A stretch of 64,000 bases of DNA, from assembly GCA_965287045.1 (NCBI GenBank), contig OZ336876.1, positions 85,932,001 through 85,996,000 on the forward strand. The letters are read 5' to 3'. The notes below the pieces were generated by a model. The model did not search any database. It was not told the DNA's origin and saw only the letters and a list, made by a program, of their open reading frames with translations. Positions 11,967 through 25,110 of this stretch are shown here, piece after piece (the first letter of the stretch is position 1; the number at the start of each line of letters is the position of its first letter). The stretch is from Carcharhinus amblyrhynchos (taxonomy: Eukaryota). Made by a program: the position numbers and the translations under genes.

Positions 11967-13565
11967 GTATGTTTGTTTATATTCTATTCAACATGGAATG
12001 AAAAAGAAGCCCAGACACTAGATCCATCCTCAGTTTTGGAAAGTTTTGAATGAACAGGAAAATAAATGTAAATGTTTAAAATTAAGTGCCACATTACCCA
12101 ATATTTTTTAGTTATCTTAAGATGGGTGAAGCATAAAAGATGAATTTCTCTGATGTGCTTAAAGCTATTAATAATAAAGCAACCTTTTATTGTACTTTTT
12201 TTGAGAGGACGTGGCACCTGTCTTGATTTAAGGCAACAATGTAGTTAACCTTTTAAGACTGACCACCTGTGTACTTCAGGTTGGTATTTATTTGACCCGT
12301 GTTTCAGCACAAAGGTTTCTCTTATGGACAGCTGGAGTTTAAGTGGTTAATGTTTCTGTCTATTAAAAAGTCAACAGTGCATTCTGGTTAACATGCCTAT
12401 GTTGGATAGGCTCAGTTAGTAGGCATCAAAGAATGACTGAATAAAGAGAGGGAGAAAATATAAGAGACAGCTAGCGAGAAAGAGTAACGAAAATGAGCAT
12501 TGGTCCTCTACATAGTGCTTCTAGGAAATTGGTCATGAAAAATAAAAGGAAATGGCTGAGCTGTTGAACAGTTATTTTTGTCTGTCTTCACTGTAAGACT
12601 TAATCGTGAATTTGTCATCCGTCAGGCATGCATAGTCAGCGGGCTGAGAAGTGGGTGTGAAACACACTCTTGGCTCCGGAGAACGATTTCAGGCTTAACT
12701 GTCCAATTAATGGCCAGCCAGTGTGTACCGCGTACTTTGAAAGGGTGGGTGCTCAGAGAAGTGATGGTTCATGCAGGCATTTCCAGTGAGCTCCCTGATG
12801 GCTGACAGCTGCCTCAGTACCTGCAGTATTGTTGCAATGATAATTGTATCAGAAACTACTGCCAATCCTCTCCATCATGCAGAGTCAAGCAACTGGCAGC
12901 ATAATACTGCAGCCATCAATCATTTTTCTCTTACCTTATTTCATCCCAGACATTTTATCCCACACTGGATCGGGAATGGTGAACAAACCTGAACGCCGCC
13001 TGGTCGATTGGCCCATGTGCAAGCAACACTATCAAATTATATTTAGCTCGGCATTCGGCTATTTTTAGGGCCTTGCTGTGTGTAAACTGGCTGCTATCCT
13101 TTCCTACAAAACATGGGATCACATTTCAAAATTGGAACATCTGAAGAATGTGGCAGGGCACTATATGAAAATGTGTTACTTTTCCTTTGTCTGCATTAAT
13201 GCGAAAGCTTTTAGTGTGAATTACCAGCTGAGTTGTAGGATAAATAGCTTTGCTGATCCTTACAGACTTAATCATATTTGGTGCATAATCTGGAAGAATT
13301 GAAGCATGCACCATTCATTTCTTTACCTGTTCTCAGAATCATCCATTGTAACTTCAGCTGAAAATCTGCTGAAACTCTTGAAACATTGTAAGCAATCACC
13401 AAAGCATTTCTTTCATGGTTTCCACAGATCTTGCATTCAATTATGCCTGTAATTGGGAGACACCCTTCCCCCCCACCCAGGAAATTCAACCTCACAATGT
13501 TTATCTAGGCTCTCGTGGACATTTTTATTGATCTGTTGTTTTTATATATTTACATAAATGAACAG

Positions 13566-13702
13566 GCAGCCTCTCTGCTCTCTTACGATCAAAATGGGGC
13601 CCGTTGAAGGACAATGAACAGACCATTGGATTTTATACCAAACAGATCCTGGAAGGATTGAAATACCTTCATGACAATCAAATAGCTCATCGAGATATAA
13701 AG
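13566..13702 (+). CDS. MAP3K5: MAP3K5 exon (137 nt), catalytic loop HRD
   Basis: aacag|GCAGC...ATAAAG|gtatac. [46 protein letters not shown]. Confidence 0.96.
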
Positions 13703-15552
13703 GTATACCATGATCGAAGAACAATAATCACATTCCCTTCTGGAATTCTAGTTTTGAATGTAGAGTTATTCCTCATGACTGTGCATCTCTTTTTCTTAGT
13801 TGGGTCCAGTGGGCCAGCACAATCTCATTCATTTTGAGAACGTGTGATTGAGTGCAGCCCAGATTGTTAACGTTTGACACAAACTCAGTTTGTTAAGTCA
13901 CAGAAATTTGCTCACTAGCCTGAGGCCTACAGCACGAGAGCTCCCAAAATTGGCATTCCAAGTCAAAAATGTTATGGTGGGGGAAGTGGAGACTTGCATG
14001 CTTGTGGGGCAGTGAGTATTTTTCTGAGGTTCTGAAGCCAAACTTTTTGCCAAGAGTAGAGATGGAAGCATTAAAAAGAACCTCCAGTTTTCTCGCCTGC
14101 TTGACACTTCAAATTTTTCTGAGAAGGCCCTGCTCCCGACGTCGCCTGCTTTCCCCGTCGCCTAAAGTTATAAATAGCCTCACATTCATGAGCATAGAAA
14201 CAACAGTGCCAACTTCCGTTTACTCATCTCCGGGAGCGACAAGGTGAAGCTCTGAGCCTTGCCTGTTCTTGTTAGGAAATGCAATCAAAGCTGCCAGGAA
14301 ATGGGAACAGTCCATCTGGTTGCCAACTTGTATTTAAAAATAACTTCTGCAACTGAATCTATGAGAATAGCCCAACAAACATCCTCAATCTAAAACAGAT
14401 AGGTCAAATCCAAGCCTTTAAATTGGTTCACCCTCCACACTTGGGCAATAGAACAAATTCCATTCTGTACAAAATGCACAATATTCCAGTACCAGTATAA
14501 CTTGGTGTGGGATATTTTAGAACATTTACCATTTTAAGGATACATTGAGTAGAAACCCACCCAGTAAAAAATTGCAACTTTAGAAGTGACTTTTTGTGTT
14601 ATGTTGCTGTGAACAAAAGTGAGATGGTCAGTTTTTTTTAAGTGTAGTTATTCTGAGTTTCAGACAGTCGCTTGACCGATTGTTGGTGATTCTTTGATTT
14701 ACAATTTGATTATTCAGCACCAAGTGATACTATTTAGAATATTGGTGGCAGAAGTAGCGCCTGTCTGGCCATGTGTCATACAGTCTCCTACCTAACTGCA
14801 GAAGGACAAATTGTATTGTGGATTCTCTTCTCTTGGGAAATTGCAGGAGCTGGCCAAATTCCTTCAACTCTGGAACACGATTAGCTTCAGCTATCTTTTT
14901 GAGCTCCAATGCCCTTCAATATCCCCCTAATCCTTAATCTGTTGCTGTTGATCCCCAGGATTTCCCACAGGATGCTTTCACCTCATTTTCTGAAATCTGA
15001 ATTCTCCAGCTACTGAGTTTGGCCATATCCAACTTTAAGCAATGACTATCAGAAATCAGGGAGCATCAGAGCACATGCCTGTAAAGGAACTTGACCTGCT
15101 TAACTTATCAGTAACCCAGGCACCAGAACATTACACATGTTCTCTTTTCTGTCTGCGTAGCTTTCCTTTTCTCTCTTCATTTTCCCCCTTGCTGAATACT
15201 GGCCAGCCAGTTCACTCTTCATGAGCTTTTATGTAAATGAACTGTGTGTTTGAAGAAATTGTGACTTAATAAGGATGGCATGGACAAGTTGGGCCATAGA
15301 GCCTGTTTCCATGCTGTAAATCTCTGTGACTCGATGACTAAAATTTCAAATTCAAAGGGGAAAAGCATTTGTAGACTAAAGTTACTTGGCAATTCAGCAT
15401 ATCTAATGTCTCTGACTCAAATTCAAGTGAGGATTTTTTGATGACTATCATATGATTTCTACTCGAGATCAGCAGTACTGCTCACAGAAATTAGTTTAGA
15501 ATTGTACGGTGGTTTTTCCATTTTAAGCAAAAATTACAAATTCTTTCCCCAG

Positions 15553-15658
15553 GGTGATAATGTGCTGATAAACACCTACAGTGGAATCTTGAAAATATCA
15601 GATTTTGGTACCTCAAAAAGACTTGCAGGAATCAATCCATGCGCTGAAACATTCACAG
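15553..15658 (+). CDS. MAP3K5: MAP3K5 exon (106 nt), DFG and activation loop
   Basis: ttcccc ag|GGTGAT...TTCACAG|gtatga. [35 protein letters not shown]. Confidence 0.96.
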
Positions 15659-16074
15659 GTATGAAACATTGGAACTGTGTTGTTTTCATACAGCACAAGT
15701 GCTGTAATTACCAAGAAATGTCATAAAGTAATTATTTCAAATCGGAGTTAGAAGAATAAGTGAGGAAGTGAAACACTCATTTAGAAACTGCTGTTAAAGG
15801 TGACATGCTGGGTTTTTTTTTCAAGGTTATACCACAGAATGAAGTTGCTATCACTGCAGTTTACCTCATCAACTTCCTGCCTGTATTCGCAAAATGCACA
15901 GTACAGATGCATTGTGAAATGTTAATGTTCAGGATTATTTTAACAATTTGTCCAGCTCCACTCTGAATACTACATATTACATACTACTGTCCTGCTGGTG
16001 AATTCAGTTTGTACCTTCCATATCTCAATGTGATTTTGATCATTAGACAGTCTAAACTAGTTGGAAGTGTAATA

Positions 16075-17870
16075 AGACAGGATTATAAAGAAGAGGAGAC
16101 TGGCTAGAGTGAATGTTGGACCCTTGGAGGACGAGAGGGGGGATTTAGCGGTGGGTAACGAGGAAATGGCTGAGACTTTAAATAAGTTTTTTGTATTGGT
16201 CTTCATGGAGGGGGACACAAAGAGTTTACCGAATATTAAAGATAGAGGGATGATAGGAGATGAGGTCCTTAATACAATTACTGTCACTAGAGGGATAGTG
16301 CTTGGTAGACTAACAGGACTGAAGGTAGACAAGTCCCCGGGACTGGATGGAATGCATCCCAGGGTTCTGAAAGAAATGGCAGAAGTAATAGCAGATGCCT
16401 TAGTAATTATTTATCAAAATTTGCTGGACTCTAGGGAAGTGCTGGAGGATTGGAAACAGCTAATGTTACGCCGCTGTTTAAAAAATGTAGCAGACAAAAG
16501 GCAGGGAATTATAGGCCAGTTAGCTTAACGTCCATAGTTGGAAAAATGCTTGAATCCATCATCAAAGAAGAAATAGCAAGACACCTAGAAAAGAACGGTT
16601 TAATCAAGCAGATGCAGCACAGATTCGTGAAGGGGAAGTCATGTTTAACAAATTTATTGGATTTCTATGAGGATGCGACTAGTGCGGTAGACAGAGGGGA
16701 ACCGGTGGATATGGTGTTAGATTTCCAGAAGGCATTCGATAAGGTGCCTCACAAAAGGTTGCTGCAGAAGGTTAGGGTGCATGGAGTTGGGAGTAAAGTG
16801 TTAACATGGATTGAGGATTGGTTATCTAACAGGAAGCAGAGTTCGAATTAATGGGTGCTTTTCTGGTTGGCAGTTGGTGACTCGTGGAGTGCTGCAGGGA
16901 TCGGTGCTGGGGCCTCAACTGTTTACCATTTACATAGACGATCTGGAGGAGGGGCTGAGTGTAGGGTAATAAAGTTTGCTGATGACACGAAGATGAGTGG
17001 AAAAGCGAAATTGCATGGAGGGCGTGGAAAGTCTGCAGAGAGATCTGGATAGGCTGAATGAGTGGGCGAGGACCTGGCAGATGGAGTATAATGTTAGCAA
17101 ATGTGAGGTTATACACTTTGGTAGAAATAATAGTAGGAAGGATTATTATTTAAAGGGTGAAAAGCTGCAGCATGCTACGGTGCAGAGGGACCTGGGGACC
17201 CTTGTGCACAAATTGCAAAAACCCAGTCTGCAGGTGCAGCAGGTGATCAAGAAAGCGAATGGAATGTTGGCCTTTATAGCGAGGGGGATAGAATATAAAA
17301 GCAGGGAGGTCTTGTTGCAACTGTACAGGGCACTGGTGAGGCCGCAGCTGGAGTACTGTGTGCAGTTTTGGTCCCCTTATTTGCGAAAGGATATATTGGC
17401 CTTGGAGGGAGTACAGAGAAGGTTCACCAGGCTGATACCGGAGATGAGGGGGTTAGGTTATGAAGAGAGATTGAATAGACTGGGCCTGTACTTGTTAGAG
17501 TTTAGAAGGCAGAGGGGGGGATCTTATAGAGAGGTAGAGAGATTCTTCCAGCTTAAAAAGGAAAACAGAACTAGAGGGCACAGCCTCAAAATAAGGTGGG
17601 GGACAGTTTAGAACAGAGTTAAAGGGAACTTCTTCACTCAAAGGGTGGTGAATCTCTGGAATTCTCTGCCCATTGAAGTGGTGGAGGCTACCTCGTTGAA
17701 TATATTTGTCACGGGTAGTTAGATTTCTGATAGACAAGGGTATTAAAGGTTATGGGGAGAAAGCGGGAAAGCGGAACTGATCCACTTCAGATCACCCATG
17801 GTCTTATTGAATGGCGTGGCAGGCTCGAAGGGCTAGATGGCCTACTCCTGCTCCTATTGTGTTCTTATGA
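16075..17870 (+). mobile_element. CR1 LINE fragment with frameshifts
   Basis: KSPGLDGMHP, NYRPVSLTS, DFQKAFDKVPH and FADD motifs spread across frameshifted ORFs; 3' tail present. Confidence 0.95.
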
Positions 17871-19079
17871 ATAAATCATCTAACCTGAACCTAGCCAAAT
17901 CCAAGCCTAACCTGAGTAGCCCTGAGGAACTTGTTTAATTATGTGGCCTGCATTTATCCTGACAAAATATAATTTTGACTGAACTATTTTGCTGTATTAT
18001 TTCGTTCAATGTACAGATATAACAGCATATGTCAATCGCTTAAACTCTTAATAAACTGTGGCATAATATACATGTTACTGAGGAGAAGCACTTTGCGAGT
18101 TCCAACAATGCTTCTGGATTTTGAGGTGGAGGAACAGTTTGTGGGAGGACAAGAAAAGCAGAAGCAGCAACTTTTCAGGCTTTTTGTCTATATTTGCTCA
18201 TGTCCTTAAAGCTGCATTTATTGACCTACTCACTACTGATATTTATTGCGTACGTTACAAACAGGAATGGGGTTAATGGCATCTTACTGTAAACATAAGA
18301 TGTTAAGATTGGTTTCCTTATTCACAAATGGTGGTATATTTCCCCAACCCCTCAGTTTTTTGTGTGATCCAATTTTCTGTTAATAACCCCACAGCAGACT
18401 CGAGATAGGATGCACTCAGAGGTTTAGTTCATTTGCACGTACTCAATGTGGGAAGGAGGGATTGTAAAATTATCTCCATGCTCAGATAGAAAAAGAGAGG
18501 GTTAGAGAAATGAAGATTTTACAATCTGGAGACCACAGAAAAACTAAGTATTGGTTCATTTGAGTCCCAATGTCCAGAATCAGAGTCCAATGCAATGTTC
18601 CTTAAGAGGCCAATGGACTGAAACCAGTGATAAAGAAGTCACTTTTCCGGTTGTGTTGACCTCTCAAGATGAGATAAGTCAGTTTGTGTGTGATGACATA
18701 GGACTTCCAACAGAAGTATGGTAGATGGGAGTCCAGCCTGGCCAGAGCTCCTCCTATGTGGCCTATTAGTCAGATGTTAATACAGCAGATTGGCTTGTGA
18801 AACAAGTAATATTGCTTTGCTGAACTGTATAGCTCTGAGGCCTAAGTCACATGATCCTTACTATCCACCAGGTCTTCAATAGAGAATGTATATCCATCAT
18901 CTGGAATACGGCTGGGTCTCAAAGACTACTAAATATCCCAGCCATTACAAGTTGAAAGGAATACCTGATGGGCTGCTTGCCTTAGCAGACTCTCTATCTC
19001 CCAAATGGCCGCCTCCTGGGCTGTAAGGTTCAGTGAATGTTTCTCTGATTCATTTTCCTGTGCATGGTTCATCTTTACA

Positions 19080-19470
19080 ATAGCAACTTGATTGAAGCAT
19101 ATAAGATCCTGAGGGGACTTGACAGGGTGGATGTGGAAAGGATGTTCCCTCCTATGGGCGAATCTAGAACTGGGGGTCGTCGCTTCAAAGTAAAGGGTCG
19201 CCCATTTAGGACAGAGATGAGGAAAAGTCTTTTCTCTCAGATGGTTGAGAGACTTCGGACTTCTCTTCCTCAAAGGGTGGTTGAGGCAGGGCCTTTCAAT
19301 ATCTTTAGGGCAGATGAAGATAGATTCCTGATAATCTTTCACCCACATGTTTATCAGGAGTAGGCAGAATGTGAAGTTGAGTGTCAATCAAATCAACCAT
19401 AACGTTATTGAATGGTAAAATAGGCTTAAAGGGTCAAGTGGCTTATTTCTGCTGTAAATTGGATGGTTGT
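19080..19470 (+). mobile_element. Old CR1 3' fragment
   Basis: ORF 19064-19363 (LIEAYKILRGLDRVDVERMFP) plus 3' UTR. Confidence 0.85.
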
Positions 19471-19827
19471 ATAATAGTTACATTCAGATTAACAAGCTCT
19501 TGCGTACTTGTATAGTGGCTTTGTTCCAGTGTTGCTTAATCTAGGAAGTAATGGAGAACTGCATTCATAATAAAGCCAAATTGTGAGATTATAGTAAAAT
19601 TCTTTTAAATTTCATTTACAGGATGTGGGTCGCACTGGCTAGGCCAGCATTTATTGCCCATCTCTAGTTACTCTTGAGACTGTCTCTTTTTTTAAAAATC
19701 ATGATCTAAGTAATATGTGCTTCAATTTGTTATGTCTAGGGTGTTGCCGGGTTTATGTTCAGAATCGATACTTAAACTAGCTCCATTACTAGTCATTGTT
19801 TTGCCACGTGTGCTGCCCAGTGAAACA

Positions 19828-20335
19828 CAGTAAGAAGTCTGACAACACCAGGTTTAAGTCCAACCGATTTTATTTGATAGTAAACTCGCAAGCTTTCGGG
19901 ATTTGTCCCTTCGTCAGGTGAATGGAGAGTTCTGGCCTCAGACAGAGCCTATAACAGCACAGATAGTTTACAGATTACTGATTAGAATGCGAGTCTTTAC
20001 AACTAACCTGCTATTCAAGTCTTAAAGATGCCGACAATGTGAGTGGAAGGAGCATTAAGCACAAGTTAAAGAGATGTGTGTTGTCTCCAGACAGTACAGT
20101 AAGTGAGGTTTTGCAAACCCAGGCAAGTCACGGGGGTTACAGTGCGACATGAACCCAAGATTCCTGTTGAGACCGTCCTCATGTGTGCAGAACTTGGCTA
20201 TCAGTCTCTGCTCAGTGACTCTGTGCTGTCGTGTGTCATGAAGGCCGCCTTGGAGAATGCTTACCCAAAGGTCAGAGGCCAAATGCCCGTGACCACTGAA
20301 GTGTTCGCCAACAGGAAGGGAACAGTCTTGCCTGG
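19828..20335 (-). mobile_element. Penelope-like element, 5'-truncated (end of GIY-YIG endonuclease plus pLTR)
   Basis: ORF 20055-20348 gives SLPVGEHFSGHGH...LQGGLHDTRQHRVTEQRLIAKFCTHEDGLNRNLGFMSH, the typical C-terminus of a PLE GIY-YIG domain. It is followed by a hammerhead and AATAAA. Confidence 0.85.
19885..19922 (-). ncRNA. Minimal hammerhead ribozyme motif in a Penelope pseudo-LTR
   Basis: Minus strand: TTCAC-CTGACGA-A-GGGA CAAA TCCC-GAAA-GCTT-GCGAG, i.e. CUGANGA core, stem II, GAAA, short palindromic stem III. Confidence 0.8.
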
Positions 20336-21176
20336 TGCTCAGCGACACGACCTGTACCTGGGATCACCATTGCAGACATCAGAGCAGCCTTCTTGAAGAT
20401 CAACCCACGGAAAGCGACAGGCCTGGACTGAGTACCCGGACGAGCGTTCCGATCCAGCGCGGATCAGCTGGCGGGATTATCCGTAGACATCTTCAACCTC
20501 TCTTCACATCAATCTGAGCTTCCTATCTGCTTCAAGGAGATGACCATCATCCTGGTGCCAAAGAAAAGTCAAGCAGCATACCTTAATGACTATAGTCCAG
20601 TGGCTCTGACAGCTATCATTTATGAAGTGCTTCGAAAGGTTAGTCATGGCACGAATCAAGTCTGGCCTCCCAGATAGCCTGGATCCACAAATAATCCCGT
20701 CATCTGATCAGCGCCAGATCCACAGCAGATGCCATCTCCCTGGCCCTGCAGTCAATACTGGAACACCTAGATAACAAAGACATCTATGTCAAACTCCTAT
20801 TTATCGACTACAGCTCAGCATTCAACACCATTATTCCTACGAAACTCAACCCCAAATTCCATGGCCTGAGTCTCAGCTCCTCCTTCTGTGACTGGATCCT
20901 GAACTTCCTAACCCCAGACTGCAATCAGTAAAGATAGGCAACGACACCTCCTGCATGATCATCCTCAACACTGGTGCACCGCAAGGTTGTGTCCTCAGTC
21001 CCCTACTATACTACTTATACACCGATGATTGATTGTGTGGCCAAATTCCCCTCCAACTCAATTTTTCAAGTTTGCTGATGACACTACCATTATGGTTAGA
21101 TTTCAAACAATAATGAGACGGTGTACAGGAAAGAGATAGAGAATCTGGTGAACTGATGCGATGACAATAATCCCTC

Positions 21177-21945
21177 ATAAGAACATAAGAAATAGGAGCA
21201 GGAGTAGGCCATCTAGCCCTTCGAGCCTGCCCCGCCATTCAATAAGATCATGGCTGATCTGTCGTGGCTCAGTTCCACTTTCCCGCCCTCTCCCCATAAC
21301 CCTTAATCCCCTTGCCTATCGAAAACCTATCAACCCGCATCTTAAATATATTTAGTGAGGCAGCCTCCACCACTTCAACGGGCAGAGAATTCCAGAGATT
21401 CACCACCCTTTGAGTGAAGAAGTTCCTCCTCAACTCCGTTCTAAACCGCCCCCCCCACTTTATCTTGAGGCTGTGCCCTCTAGTCCTACTGTCCTTTCTG
21501 AGCGGGAAGAGTCTCTCCACCTCTATCCTATCCATCCCATTCATCATCTTATATGTCTCAATGAGATCTCCCCTCATTCTTCTAAACTCTAACGAGTACA
21601 AGCCTAGTTTATTCAGCCTCTCCTCATAGCTCAACCCCCTCAACTCCGGTATCAACCTAGTAAACCTCCTCTGCACTCCCTCCAAGGCCAAAATATCCTT
21701 GCGTAAGTGCGGCGACCAAAACTGCACACAGTACTCCAGCTGCGGCCTCACCAGTGCCCTGTACAGTTGCAGCAAGACCTCCCTACTTTTATATTCAATC
21801 CCCCTCGCTATGAAGGCTAGCATCCCATTTGCCTTCCTGACCACCAGCTGCACCTGCAGGCTGGATTTTTGTGACTCATGCACAAGGACCCCGAGGTCCC
21901 TCTGCACCGTTGCATGCTGCAGTTTTTTGCCATGTAAGTAATAGT
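21177..21945 (-). mobile_element. Young CR1 nested in the Rex-Babar element
   Basis: ORF 21269-21907 and a (TTCTTATG)n tail; Rex sequence resumes on both sides. Confidence 0.95.
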
Positions 21946-22583
21946 CCCTCCCTCAAAGTCAACAAAACAAACAAAAATATTATTGACTTCAGAAAGCACA
22001 GAGGACATGCACCTGTCTACATCAATGGGGAAGACGTAGAAATGGCCAAGAGCTTCAAGTTTTTATGTGTCCAGGTCACCAGCATCTTGTCCTGGTCCCT
22101 TCATGCCAATGCTAGTATTAAGAAAGCCTACCAATGCCTCTACTTAGAAGATTAAGGAAATTTGGCATGTCCACTACAACTTTCTCCAACTTTTACAGAT
22201 GCACCATAAAAAGCATTCTTTCTGGTTGTATCACAGATTGGTATGGCTTCAGCTCTGTCCAAGACTGCAAGAAACTACAAAGGGTCTTGAACGAAAGCCA
22301 GTCCATCACTTAAACCAACCTCCCACTGTTGACAATGTCTGCACTTCCCATTGCCTTGGAAAAGTAGTAATTAAATTTAATCATAATTAAAGTCCCCACA
22401 CATCCCGGGCATACTCTCTTCCATCGGGAAAAGGTACAAAAGTCTGACAACACTTACTAACCGACTCAAAAACAGCTTCTTCCCTGCTGCTGTTAGACTT
22501 TTTTGAATGGACCTATCTTGCATTAAGTTGATCTTTCTCTACACCATAGTTATGACTGTAACACTACATTCTGCATTCTCTTT

Positions 22584-22885
22584 CATAGAATCATAAAAAT
22601 CATAGAAGCCCTACAGTGTAGAAAGAGGCCATTTGGCCCCATCAAGCTTGCACTGACAATGATCCCACCCAGGCTGTATCCCTTAAATCCCAAGCATTTA
22701 CTCTGTTAATCCCTCTGAAACTAAGGGGCAATTTATTATGGCCAATCTACCTAACCCACACATCTTTGGGCTGTGGGAGGAAAACGGAGCAAATCCACAC
22801 AAACACACGGGGAGAATTGACCTGAGGCCAGAATTGAACCAGGGTCGTTGGCATTGAGAAGCCACAGTGCTAACCATTGTACCAT
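22584..22885 (-). mobile_element. HE1-like SINE, tail A, nested in the Rex 3' UTR
   Basis: Family match; Rex tail sequence resumes after 22885. Confidence 0.85.
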
Positions 22886-22989
22886 CTTTCCTTAGCTTTG
22901 TCCATGTAGTGCACAAGAAACAATACTTTTCACTGTAGACTAATACATGTGGCGATAATAAATGAAATCAAGGTCATTTTTACCCACCA

Positions 22990-23530
22990 TTTTGGGCGCC
23001 GTACTTACGCAAGGATATTTTGGCCTTGGAGGGAGTGCAGAGGAGGTTTACTAGGCTGATGCCGGAGTTGAGGGGGTTGAGCTATGAGGAGAGGCTGAAT
23101 AAACTAGGCTTGTACTCGTTAGAGTTTAGAAGAATGAGGGGAGATCTCATTGAGACGTATAAGATGATGAATGGGATGGATGGGATAGAGGTGGAGAGAC
23201 TCTTCCCGCTCAGAAAGGACAGTAGGACTAGGGGGCACAGCCTCAAGATAAAGGGGGGGCGGTTTAGAACGGAGTTGAGGAGGAACTTCTTCACTCAAAG
23301 GGTGGTGAATCTCTGGAATTCTCTGCTCGTTGAAGTGGTGGAGGCTACCTCGCTAAATATTTTTAAGACGCGGGTTGATGGGTTTTTGATAAGCGAGGGG
23401 ATTAAGGGTTGTGGGGAGAGGGCGGGAATGTGGAACTGAGCCACGACAGATCAGCCATGATCTTATTGAATGGCGGGGCAGGCTCGAAGGGCTAGATGGC
23501 CTACTCCTGCTCCTATTTCTTATGTTCTTA
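22990..23530 (+). mobile_element. Young CR1 3' fragment
   Basis: ORF 23020-23439; near-identical to 21177-21720 in inverted orientation. Confidence 0.95.
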
Positions 23531-25110
23531 TTTCTTGGCCAGTTGAAGAGTATGCAGGCAGTGGCTCGAAAGCTAGTTGTCTGCATGTGCCTTCTTTAAT
23601 TTTAGTATTATGCACAGCACAGGGTTTGTAATACAGAAGAGAAACAAAGCGTTAAGCTGGGCATAAATATTTTAAAATATATTTGTGCAATTTCTTCATA
23701 AAGTTTTCCTTCATTCTTTCCTAAATTACCTCCTGATTACTGATACATTCTCCAGAGCATTGGTGTAGAAATTAAACATTGCAGGCAGCTGCAAATCTGA
23801 GCACAGAATTTGATATCAAAGCAGAAAATGCTGGAAATGCTCAGTTGTTCAGGCAGAATCTGCAGAGGGAAAAACTGAGTTAGTTTCAGGTCAGTGAGCC
23901 TCAACAATTCATGATTTCTAGCCAATTGCTGGATTATTGTTCTAGGTCAGAAAGTGCAGCTGCCATTGCTTCACGTCAAAAAGTGTTTTTGATAGGAATT
24001 CAAAGAATCTTTGTTTCTATGAACCTCATTTGTTTGAAAATTCCAGTGTTTCTGGGTTCCAATGAAGGATCATCCAGACTCAACATTGGCTCTATGCTCT
24101 TTCCAACAAATGCTGTCAGACCTGCTGAGATTTTTCAGCATTTTCTGTTTTTGTTTGAGATTCCAGCATCCATGGCATTTTGATTTTATTATATTTCTGG
24201 GCTTCTTGTCTTCTTTGTTCTGTATTACTGCCAAGAATTGCATTGTAGATGTGCTGAATACAGAATGGAGTGCATGGTATTAGCTGATGTGTTTGTAGAT
24301 TATGAAGAGGAATAAAGTACCTTTATTTTGTGGAGAGTTACTCTTATTTTAAATGTTATGGGGTTTTTCATTAAATATTGTCAATTGCCCCCTTCTGTTC
24401 ATAATGGTGATGGGCAAGAGTCCTAAAATCCCCAAATTAGGGATTGATTTGTACACAGTTTCAACAAAGTGCTTTCCACCAATGATTCACGCAATGACAC
24501 AAACACCTCCTTCAGTCATTTTGATTCTTAAATCTAAAATGTGTAAATGTTAACTTTGTTTACTTTAAGATCTTTGCACAAAAAGAAAAACATTTTGTAC
24601 TGGAGGATTTCCTCTATACACCATCTGGAACAGAATTATAAACCTTTCCTTCATGAAGCAGTTTACAGGTTTGTCAGCCACAAATCAGAGGAAATCTTCA
24701 GCCTTGGCCTGTATGATAGGCCATGATTAGATTGCCACCAGAATCTCTTGATTTGTAGGAACATTTGCAGCAAGAACATTTTGTTCCTTACACTTGTCTT
24801 CAGAAATTATGACCCCCCCCCCACCCACCCCACCACCAACTCCCACCCCTCTCTGCCGCACATTTGTTGCCTTAAGGTAATGAGGTTTGACTTCTAAAAG
24901 TAAAAAATGCAGCCACGTTTCTGTCTGCGATTAATGTTGAGCAACTCAAGGTTCATGAACTAGTCGACTGAAACTCTGGAATGTACTGTTGGCTATAATA
25001 TTACTTCATAAGGTTGAACAAAATGGTTCTTTCATTGGATTGTTATGTGCTGTAGTTTGAGAACATTTGGCAATATTTTACACCAAGACACAGCATGACA
25101 ATTTGCAATC

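Larger units (their letters stand above)
20340..22970 (+). mobile_element. Rex-Babar (Rex1-like) LINE, degenerate, interrupted by a CR1 and an HE1 SINE
   Basis: Motifs [44 protein letters not shown] and KNSFFPAAVR; 3' end …tacatgtggcgataataaatgaaatcaa. Confidence 0.85.
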
